This document shows positions 17,149 through 25,202 of a stretch of 64,000 nucleotides of DNA, piece by piece (the stretch's first letter is position 1; each line of letters starts with the position of its first letter). The position numbers and the translations under genes were made by a program. The DNA is from Candidatus Peregrinibacteria bacterium CG11_big_fil_rev_8_21_14_0_20_46_8 (GTDB lineage: Bacteria; Patescibacteriota; Gracilibacteria; UBA1369; UM-FILTER-53-11). The notes under the pieces were generated by a model. That model ran no database searches and had not been told where the DNA came from. It saw nothing but the letters and a program-made list of their open reading frames with translations. The stretch spans positions 2,238-66,237 of the forward strand of contig PCVQ01000003.1 of the NCBI GenBank assembly GCA_002796025.1. Reading direction: 5' to 3'.

Positions 17149-17477
17149 CACACTTGAAATTTTATGCTGACTCCAGAGGGAGAATTCTGATGTAATAGCC
17201 AAGAAGCGGTCCCCGAACTCTTCGGGGCGATTCCGTGTGTACTGCTCTTTGACAACCAGACAGACTTAGATTGTGTTTTCTCTTATTAGTTAACCGAGAA
17301 GGCCTCGTGCTTCCTTGGTTATGACCAGAACTTTCTTTCCTTTTTTCACTTTTTGAAACGTCCGTCCCAACATTTCTTCTTAAGACGTGGTCGACGTCAG
17401 CGGGCGAATGTGGACATCTTCCGGCGATTTATCGCCATGTAGTCATTCTATTTTGTATTAATTCTTAACCATTCATT

Positions 17478-20400
17478 ATGAATAAACGAATGCTCAAGAA
17501 GGCTCGCAAGTGGATTTCACTTGTTGCAGTTTTCTCAATCATTTCGAGCATGCTCGTCGTAGTTCCTACGGCAAGTTCATACGATGGCTCTGATGCACCA
17601 TCTTGGGCATCTACAGCTGTTGATGAAGCTTGTGATCGTGAACTCGTCGACTGTTCGCTCGATGCAGATTTCGGTTCTACAGTGAACCGAGCAGTCGGTT
17701 ACCAAATGCTTACATCTGGTTTTGAGGTTTTGAGCCCAGACGCTGCAAACCCATTCTCAGACGTAACTGCTAGCGTTTGGTTCCGCAATGCAGCTGCTAC
17801 TGCATATACACTCGGTTGGACAGCTGGTGTCGTCGAAGGCGGCAGCAGAATGTTCAAAGGCAGCGATCCATTGACACGTGCAATGCTCGCTGTTGCAGGT
17901 TCACAGATTCTCGGTCTCGAGGACTGTGGCAGCATCCCATCAAGCTATACTGATCGCGGTGATGTCCCATCATGGGCTACCGGCGCAGTTGCTTGTATGA
18001 TCGACTCTGGCCTTATGGTAGGCAGCAACAATCAGTTCAGACCAAACGCAAGCCTTACAAAAGTTGAGGCGATCGTTGCGATGAACGCTTGGGTTACCTA
18101 CACAGAAGATCAAGAAATCGATGTTGTTGAAGTAGCTGCAGCTCGCATGGGTGTAGATGCAGACACTGTTTACGACGCGCTCGAGACAGGAAGCTTCATC
18201 GTTGATGGTCAGCTCGTAGCTGGCGATGACGATGCAGGCGACGATGACGATGACGATGTTCCGGCTGACGACGATGACGATGCTGATGATGACGACGATG
18301 ATGATGTCCCAGCTGCTGATTCTCTCCGAGTTGCATTGGCAACCGATACACCAGCTGCAGCAACTATTCCGCCTGGAGCAAATAGCGCGCCTCTTGCACG
18401 CTTTACCTTCAGTGTTGGTTCTGGTTCTGCAATGGTTTCCGGCCTAACGCTTAAGCGTATTGGCGGAGGTGCTCCTGCAGACTTCAGCGCAATTACTGTT
18501 TACAGTGATGGCGTTCGTCTTCGTTCAGGTAAAACAATCTCAACAGATTCAAATACTGTCGATTTCGGCGGTTTGGATCTCGAGGTGAAGGCTGGTTCGC
18601 CTGTTACTGTTGAAGTTCGTGGTGATCTCGCCACAACTGCAGCGGCAGCAAGTACACACCAAATTGGTCTTGAGGCAGCTTCTGCTGTTACGACCAATGC
18701 AGGTAGCGTAAGCGGTGTACCGGTTTACGGCAATATCATTACTATTGGTGGTGCTACTGTACAAACAGTAACCATCGCTCCTGCAAATACTCTCTCTAAG
18801 CCAACACTTGGGGCGAAGAATGCAGAGGTCTCAAACTTCAAACTTACTGCTGGTTCAAATGATGTTGACTTCAAGTCAATCATCTTGACTCATGGCGGTA
18901 CGCTTTCTCGTTCAAGCATGAGTAACTTCAGACTCGAAGACACTTCCGGAAATGTACTGGCTACAACCAGTTCTATTTCAAGCGGTGATCTTTTGGCCTT
19001 CACGCTTGGTGAGGTTTACAAAGTTCCAAAGAACAACAACCGCACCTTCCGTGTCTATGCTGACCTTAGCGGCGGTAAGACAACCGACACACTTGACTTC
19101 TACATCGATGAAGCTGCAGATCTTACTGCAATCGATGCGCAAGCAGGGTATGGTGCTCGTGTAACGAACAACATGGCAAAGGCGAACGTGACCGATACAA
19201 CCTTCCAAGGTGGTAAGATCACACTTGCTGACAACGGCCCTGTTGCTCAGAACGTTGCAATCAACACAACAAATGTTGAACTCTTCAACTTTGCAATTAC
19301 TGCAGACCGAGATCTTACCTTTAAGGACTACTATCTCTGGTTAGAGCAGACTGCATTTGATGGAACAACTGCGAAGAACATCACAAGTACTACTGTTACT
19401 TCAGCTGCTGCGATGACAATTACAACAGCTGGCCTTGCAACATTCCGAACGAATGCTGACGATGCTGCAAATCTTGCACAGTACGATGTTGTTAAAGTTA
19501 CTAGCGGAGGTATTGATTACTATATTGAAATCGATTCCACTGGTGGAGCAGTTGCAAATACTAATACTACCAATACAACTGGTACCTTGGTATATCCTTC
19601 ATCGGTGAGCGCTACCGTTACATTCACTAATGGCGATGCTATTACCAAAGTTTACGATACACATCTTCGTGAAAAGGTGGAGAATGTTCGTCTGATCGAT
19701 GCTGATACAGGTGCTACACTTGCATCTCAATCGACAAGTGAATATGCAATGCTCTTCTCTGACGACTTTGATATCGATGCAGGTGAGACCCGCAATCTTC
19801 AAGTGGTTGTAGATCTCGATTCTGCTTTGGTTGCAAATAATGCATTCAAAGGCGGTGTTAACTTTGGTGATGCAAACTTCATCAAAGACAACGATGCAAA
19901 CGAGTTCGTTGCAACTGCTGACTGTGTTTCTTGTAACACGTTCGGTAAGACAATGACTGCAGTAGCAAGTTCATTGGTACTCTCTCGTGCTTCTACGCCA
20001 GTAAGCGAGACTCACGTTAAGGGTCAAGACGGTGTTGACTTGCTTGGTGTATCTGCCAAGGCAGGTGACGGCGGCGACGTAAAGGTCCTCAAAGTCACTG
20101 TTCGTCTCGTTGCAGATGATGATGGTACATTCGACAATAGTGGTTACGGCGATCTTGCTGCAAACACGCTTGTTGATTCTGTATCTCTCTACAAAGTCAA
20201 CGGTGATGGTACTGAAGTGAAGTTGGCAAACGCTGTTGGTCTTACTGCTGTTGGAACCATTGGTTCAAGCGGCGGATACTACAAAGCAGAGTTTAATGAC
20301 TTCCTTGTAGACGGTGCTACTGTTGCTACCTATGATATTGCTCAATCTGTTAGCGAGAAATGGGTAGTGAAGGCAGATTTGCGCTCAAGCGTTTCTGCAA

Positions 20401-22238
20401 CTCGTTACCTTGCAGCAGATGTTATCTCTGCAAGTGATGTTGAAGCACAGGATAAAGACGGCAATACCGTTAATCCAAGCGGTACTATCAACGGCCTTGG
20501 TTCTTCGCTCTCTGTAACGAAGACTATTGCTACTGCTGGTACGCTTACTGGTGCTTCTGAAGGTAATCCAAATGCGTCTGTATTGATTGCAGGTGCAACT
20601 GCGCAAACTTTTGCGAAGTACAAGTATTCTGCACAGAATGAGGCATTTACTGTTAAGAAGTTAGACATTGTTATGGATGAGGACAGCAGCTTCACCGATA
20701 CTCCAGAAACAACATATGCTCGTGCATTAAAACGTGTTGGTCTTACTTACACCAAGAAAGACGGCACTTCAACTACGGTGTACGCTGACCTTGCTTCTGG
20801 TAAGGCTTCGTTCACCAATCTTGAACTCTATGTACCTAAAGATGGCAGCGCATTTGTGACTGTCATTGGTGATCTCAACACGGTTGAGAACGGCGCAGTA
20901 TCAGGTGATACTATCCGTCTCGGTCTTAATGAGCAAAGCGGTACTGCAAACAATGCATTTGAAGCATTGGGTGAAGGTTCAAGTGAACAGCGCACAGTTG
21001 CAAACCTTTCAACGTACAGCAGCTCAAGCACAGTCAAGACAATGACTCTCCGCAAGGCTGCTCCTACAGTTGCTAAGCTTTCGACAGCTGGTACGAAATT
21101 GAACAATGGTCAAAACGACATCGCTGCAATTACGGTTGCTGCTGATGCTGGTAAGACCGTATCGCTCAAGCGTCTTGCGTTTGAGTACGATGCAAGCGAT
21201 ATGACTGTTAATTCACTTGGCTTCTTCCGTAAGATCGGCAGCGGTTCAGAAGGAGACATCACAACTGATGTATCTATCCGCAACCGTCAAGGTCAAAACT
21301 TGAAGTCTGGTGGAAGTGACCTCTCAACTGCAGGTGCCACAACAACTGACACCATCTACGTAACTTGGGATAAGGCAGCGACCGATCAAGAAAACGTTTC
21401 TGGTACAACCAATACCTACATTGTCCGCGCTACGGTTTCTGCTGCGGCTGCAAATGAGAGTCTCTCGACCTTCATCGCAGACGACACGGCAACCTTCAAC
21501 GCTCCGACAAGTGGTGTAGCTGGTCTCCGAACCTTCACCGGTTCTAATCCAGAAACAGTTGCTGCATCTATCAACGGTACACGTACTGTTTGGTACTGGA
21601 TTTACGCTGATTCAACGAACTGTGCTAATACCAACACTTCTGGTTGTGTCGTCCTCGATACAACTGGTCAAGGTATGGGATCAGTAAGTTCTACAGTTTG
21701 GAGTGGTGTAACTGCAACTGCAGATCCAGTTATCGCCGTACAAGGTACTGGCACTTCATCGCTTACAAGCGGTGCAATCGTAGCTGGTGCTCTCCGCCAC
21801 ACAACAGATGATGTTGATGCTGGTGGAAACGGTAACGATGGTATCTACTTCGATATCAACGGTGACGGTAACTATACAGCTGCTGCTGACTTGGCTATCC
21901 CTGTCACTGCTGCTACTGGTGCTGCTCCAACAGATGATGCTCTTGTTACTTCAGATGTTCGTTGGACAACTACTGGCCCAACACTCTACTTCGATACAGA
22001 ACGAAGTGGTGCATCTGCAAATACCTTCAATGCTGCGCATGACGATAACGTCACGCTCGACGCAATGTTGAACGAGGGTTCAATCACTACTGCAAACAAT
22101 GCAGAAGTGTACACCTCTGGTTGGAACTTCATCTGGTCTGATAACTCTGCTGTGCCACACACAACAAGTACAACAGACTGGACAAACGGTACCGACATCA
22201 ACAGCTTGCCTACACAGAGCGTTAGCTTGAGCTTCTAG
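17478..22238 (+). CDS. giant S-layer/cell-surface protein: signal peptide, three SLH-like motifs, poly-Asp linker, long Thr/Ser/Ala/Gly-rich beta-sandwich region
   Basis: SLH-like strings FSDVTASVWFRNAAATAYTLGWTAG...LTRAMLA and DVPSWATGAVACMIDSGLMVG...FRPNASLTKVEAIVAM. The D-rich linker is at about 18222-18320. 1586 aa. Confidence 0.88.
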   Translation: MNKRMLKKARKWISLVAVFSIISSMLVVVPTASSYDGSDAPSWASTAVDEACDRELVDCSLDADFGSTVNRAVGYQMLTSGFEVLSPDAANPFSDVTASVWFRNAAATAYTLGWTAGVVEGGSRMFKGSDPLTRAMLAVAGSQILGLEDCGSIPSSYTDRGDVPSWATGAVACMIDSGLMVGSNNQFRPNASLTKVEAIVAMNAWVTYTEDQEIDVVEVAAARMGVDADTVYDALETGSFIVDGQLVAGDDDAGDDDDDDVPADDDDDADDDDDDDVPAADSLRVALATDTPAAATIPPGANSAPLARFTFSVGSGSAMVSGLTLKRIGGGAPADFSAITVYSDGVRLRSGKTISTDSNTVDFGGLDLEVKAGSPVTVEVRGDLATTAAAASTHQIGLEAASAVTTNAGSVSGVPVYGNIITIGGATVQTVTIAPANTLSKPTLGAKNAEVSNFKLTAGSNDVDFKSIILTHGGTLSRSSMSNFRLEDTSGNVLATTSSISSGDLLAFTLGEVYKVPKNNNRTFRVYADLSGGKTTDTLDFYIDEAADLTAIDAQAGYGARVTNNMAKANVTDTTFQGGKITLADNGPVAQNVAINTTNVELFNFAITADRDLTFKDYYLWLEQTAFDGTTAKNITSTTVTSAAAMTITTAGLATFRTNADDAANLAQYDVVKVTSGGIDYYIEIDSTGGAVANTNTTNTTGTLVYPSSVSATVTFTNGDAITKVYDTHLREKVENVRLIDADTGATLASQSTSEYAMLFSDDFDIDAGETRNLQVVVDLDSALVANNAFKGGVNFGDANFIKDNDANEFVATADCVSCNTFGKTMTAVASSLVLSRASTPVSETHVKGQDGVDLLGVSAKAGDGGDVKVLKVTVRLVADDDGTFDNSGYGDLAANTLVDSVSLYKVNGDGTEVKLANAVGLTAVGTIGSSGGYYKAEFNDFLVDGATVATYDIAQSVSEKWVVKADLRSSVSATRYLAADVISASDVEAQDKDGNTVNPSGTINGLGSSLSVTKTIATAGTLTGASEGNPNASVLIAGATAQTFAKYKYSAQNEAFTVKKLDIVMDEDSSFTDTPETTYARALKRVGLTYTKKDGTSTTVYADLASGKASFTNLELYVPKDGSAFVTVIGDLNTVENGAVSGDTIRLGLNEQSGTANNAFEALGEGSSEQRTVANLSTYSSSSTVKTMTLRKAAPTVAKLSTAGTKLNNGQNDIAAITVAADAGKTVSLKRLAFEYDASDMTVNSLGFFRKIGSGSEGDITTDVSIRNRQGQNLKSGGSDLSTAGATTTDTIYVTWDKAATDQENVSGTTNTYIVRATVSAAAANESLSTFIADDTATFNAPTSGVAGLRTFTGSNPETVAASINGTRTVWYWIYADSTNCANTNTSGCVVLDTTGQGMGSVSSTVWSGVTATADPVIAVQGTGTSSLTSGAIVAGALRHTTDDVDAGGNGNDGIYFDINGDGNYTAAADLAIPVTAATGAAPTDDALVTSDVRWTTTGPTLYFDTERSGASANTFNAAHDDNVTLDAMLNEGSITTANNAEVYTSGWNFIWSDNSAVPHTTSTTDWTNGTDINSLPTQSVSLSF

Positions 22239-22283
22239 TTCTTGCTTACAATCTCTGTTCCGATCAAATCGGGATGGCAGGTA

Positions 22284-22322
22284 AAAGAGCCCCCTTACAT
22301 TCGTAAGGGGGCTCTTTGTTGT
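22284..22322 (+). terminator. strong intrinsic terminator of the giant SLH gene
   Basis: AAAGAGCCCCCTTAC-ATTC-GTAAGGGGGCTCTTT, followed by GTTGT. Confidence 0.8.
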
Positions 22323-22359
22323 ATGAGATATTTTCACAAAAGAGGCTGCATGCTATACT

Positions 22360-22905
22360 TTGCGCATGCAAAAAAAGAATTACGCTGCGATTATTGTTTT
22401 GTTTGTTGTGCTGTCAGGAATTGGAATAGGTCTATGGAAACAGCAGGCAAAATATACTGTGGACGTTGATATAACGCCTGAGCAGCGTCAAACATTTGAA
22501 CAAAGGGTTGAAGAGTGGGACGAGAAGATTGATAGTACACCGGCAGGGGAGCAGCCTAATCCCGATTACTTTATTGAGAAGGCGCGCTACCAAGAGTATT
22601 TAGGTCAGTACGGTGCAGCAATTAAAACGCTGCAATCTCTTTTTGATTATTACGAAAATAGTTCTGCGGCATGGAATAATCTCGCGAAGCTATATGAGAA
22701 AGTTGGGCGGCCGCGAAAAGCGATCGAGAATTATCAAAAGCTTATTGATGTGTTTGAGCTTTATCAATTTCGTTTAGATATTGCCTGGAACTACTATCGC
22801 CTTGGTAATATTGAAAAAGCGCGCGAAGTGTATCAGCAGTATCAGAGTGAGACTGGCGGACGGGATGAAGAGTTGGAATATTACTTCGAGCAGGCAGCTC
22901 AATAA
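22360..22905 (+). CDS. membrane-anchored TPR-repeat protein
   Basis: N-terminal TM helix (AAIIVLFVVLSGIGIGLW), then TPR-like repeats (AIKTLQSLF...AWNNLAKLYEKVGRPRKAIENYQKLI). Confidence 0.75.
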   Translation: MRMQKKNYAAIIVLFVVLSGIGIGLWKQQAKYTVDVDITPEQRQTFEQRVEEWDEKIDSTPAGEQPNPDYFIEKARYQEYLGQYGAAIKTLQSLFDYYENSSAAWNNLAKLYEKVGRPRKAIENYQKLIDVFELYQFRLDIAWNYYRLGNIEKAREVYQQYQSETGGRDEELEYYFEQAAQ

Positions 22906-22916
22906 TCAATACTTAT

Positions 22917-24248
22917 ATGTACGTTCAGCGCTTTAAAATCGGTCTTATACGGATTTTTGTTGTTGCTTTGTTTGTTCTTCCTAGTATTCCGCTTGCTGTA
23001 GCTGCTGGAGAGGCTAGTTTTTTTATGGATAATTGGGTCAATATTTATTTGAATGAAGACCCGGTGACATTGCCGAAAATCACTATTACTTCTGAACAAG
23101 ATAGTGGCATTACACAGCAACATGGTGTCGCGATTATTCTTCCAAGGGATGTGCAGGTACTGTGGGATAAAACGGTCGAGCAGGTAAGTATAGATGGAGT
23201 ATTGCGCAGTATATCGTATAGCGCCGACCAAAAGCGCGTTATTATTCCGGCGGAACGTGATTATCTCTCAGGAGAAAAACTTGTAATAGAGGGGCTTGTC
23301 TTGCGTGTTTACGATCAGGGCACGAGTTATCAGGATTTTTATATCGATACCAATGGTGACGGTGAGTCCGATGTAAAAGGTGTTAATGGATTTTTAATCG
23401 ATCAAGAGACGCGCCGCACCGACCGTACGGCACCATTTGAGGTCGATGATTTGGCAGCTACTTTTGCAGATGGGAAAGTTCTTGTGAGCTGGAAAAATCC
23501 ACTCGATTACGATTTGCAGCAAATTGTGCTGACGAAAGGGGAGAGCTCCTCGACATTAAGCCGATTGGATACTCAATATGAAGACAGTGCTGTTACGCTT
23601 GGTGAGACGGTTACATATAAGGTACAGACACTCGATTATAATAGTAATATCTCTGCGGGGCGGATGGTAACATTGCTGGCCTCGGAGGAGGAGCCGGCCG
23701 TGGAAGAGCCAACAGTGGAAGAGCCGCCTGCCGAAGAGGAGCCCGCCCAAGAAGCTCCGCCTTCCCAAGATGAGCCGCTTTTGTTGCGCGATTCGGTAAC
23801 AGATGCCGATATTGCAGATGTGGTTGCTACTACAACGGGTATACAGCCCGACTCGGAGCATGTCCGCGAGGTCGTATATCTTGTGCAAAAAGGATTCATT
23901 ACACCGAACTATCGCGGCAGTTTACGTCTGGTGCGGCACCTAAAGTACGGTGAATTTGCAGACATTATTGGCCCGGCTTTAGGCGTCGAAATTCCGGGTA
24001 ATTCATTGAATGCCTACTATTTTGCTATGAAGAAGATCGATGGACTCATTGATCCCAGCGTGAGGGCGAGCGATAGAATTCGCAGGAGCGATGCATTTTT
24101 AATTATGCTCAAGCTTGCCGGACTCGAAGTTAGCGAGCAGCAACTTGTCGATGATCCGGCTAGTCTGCGATGGTATCCAAATAGAAAAGAGCTCGCCTAT
24201 TGGCTAGTCGGAATTTTGGATGCGAAAAATGCAAAACAATCCGAGTAG
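22917..24248 (+). CDS. secreted/anchored protein with a fibronectin type III-like domain and an acidic Pro/Glu linker
   Basis: Signal/anchor, an FN3-like segment (APFEVDDLAATFADGKVLVSWKNP...YKVQTLDYNSN) and an EEPAVEEPTVEEPPAEEEP linker. Confidence 0.72.
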   Translation: MYVQRFKIGLIRIFVVALFVLPSIPLAVAAGEASFFMDNWVNIYLNEDPVTLPKITITSEQDSGITQQHGVAIILPRDVQVLWDKTVEQVSIDGVLRSISYSADQKRVIIPAERDYLSGEKLVIEGLVLRVYDQGTSYQDFYIDTNGDGESDVKGVNGFLIDQETRRTDRTAPFEVDDLAATFADGKVLVSWKNPLDYDLQQIVLTKGESSSTLSRLDTQYEDSAVTLGETVTYKVQTLDYNSNISAGRMVTLLASEEEPAVEEPTVEEPPAEEEPAQEAPPSQDEPLLLRDSVTDADIADVVATTTGIQPDSEHVREVVYLVQKGFITPNYRGSLRLVRHLKYGEFADIIGPALGVEIPGNSLNAYYFAMKKIDGLIDPSVRASDRIRRSDAFLIMLKLAGLEVSEQQLVDDPASLRWYPNRKELAYWLVGILDAKNAKQSE

Positions 24249-24286
24249 TCATTGAGTAGACGGGACTGCTTGCGGTCTAGTCATCT

Positions 24287-25177
24287 TTACTCCACCCTAA
24301 AGGTTCTACATCTTCCTATTCGGTTAATTCTGGCAGCATCCATATCTGTGGTGCCGGCACAAACCCTGATGATTGCTCCTTGGGTGGCTATAAATCGGAC
24401 GAAACGCTGTGTTCCGGCTTGAAATGGCGGGATATTGTGCCAGAAGTCCGGAGCATGTATGCCATCATTTGGATCAGCAAAAACATTGCCGCAGTCATCA
24501 AGTCGTAACTCTATTCGCGGAGCGATTATATTCTCGAGTGTAATATTGGGCAGTGTGACGGTATTTTCGCATGCAGCATTGAGCACTTCAGGATCGCATG
24601 CATCGCCCGGCCGCCCGTTGAGCGGTGCATCTTGCTGGTCGGTATTCGGTGTATCTGGGCAGTTATCTTCGCAATCATTTATCGTATCTCTATCGCGGTC
24701 GCCGGGTAGGCAGCTTGCCCACTGTGCATCTATGCACTCACGCCTGCTGCGCTCACCACATGATGTTATGCACATCTCTGTAGTACCTGAAATACACTCC
24801 CCGCTGTCGACTGAATCCTGTGCATCGGGTATGTCACCAATTCCGCTATCCAAAATGCCTCCAGTATCTAAAACCCCAGCTTCCATTTGGGCGCCACTAT
24901 CTGCTCTGCTGGCATCTACTCCTACTTCGGGCTCAATTGGTGTGATGTCTGGCATATCTCCTTTACCGCCGTCACCGTTGCTGACGCATGCAGGGTACTT
25001 TTTTGAGCCCTCAACGCAATATTCATTACGAGAGGGAATTATGGCCGAGCAGGCATGTAATGCAACAAAAACTGCCCCTGCAATGGCGTGTCTTGCATAT
25101 GAAATTCTAGGCCGGGCTTGAATAAGAGCGCTTCGTTCCCTGTTTAACCTGTATCTTGGCACGTCGTTTAATTTCAT
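24287..25177 (-). CDS. exported Cys-rich protein with a thrombospondin type 3-like calcium-binding repeat
   Basis: DRDRDTINDCEDNCPDTPNTDQQDAPLNGRPGDACD matches the DxDxD..DNCP..N..Q.D...GD.CD pattern. Has an N-terminal hydrophobic anchor. Confidence 0.7.
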   Translation of the reverse strand: MKLNDVPRYRLNRERSALIQARPRISYARHAIAGAVFVALHACSAIIPSRNEYCVEGSKKYPACVSNGDGGKGDMPDITPIEPEVGVDASRADSGAQMEAGVLDTGGILDSGIGDIPDAQDSVDSGECISGTTEMCITSCGERSRRECIDAQWASCLPGDRDRDTINDCEDNCPDTPNTDQQDAPLNGRPGDACDPEVLNAACENTVTLPNITLENIIAPRIELRLDDCGNVFADPNDGIHAPDFWHNIPPFQAGTQRFVRFIATQGAIIRVCAGTTDMDAARINRIGRCRTFRVE

Positions 25178-25202
25178 AGGACATATATCCTACGTCATTA
25201 AC

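Noticed and set aside
18222-18320. GAT/GAC-rich tract as a microsatellite or CRISPR-like repeat
   Set aside because: It is in frame within the giant SLH gene and encodes two poly-Asp blocks. There is no spacer-repeat periodicity, so it is a coding low-complexity linker.
16692-25177. tRNA-Glu-adjacent envelope gene cluster as an integrated mobile island or prophage
   Set aside because: I could find no integrase, recombinase or transposase, no phage structural genes, and no direct repeat of the tRNA 3' end.
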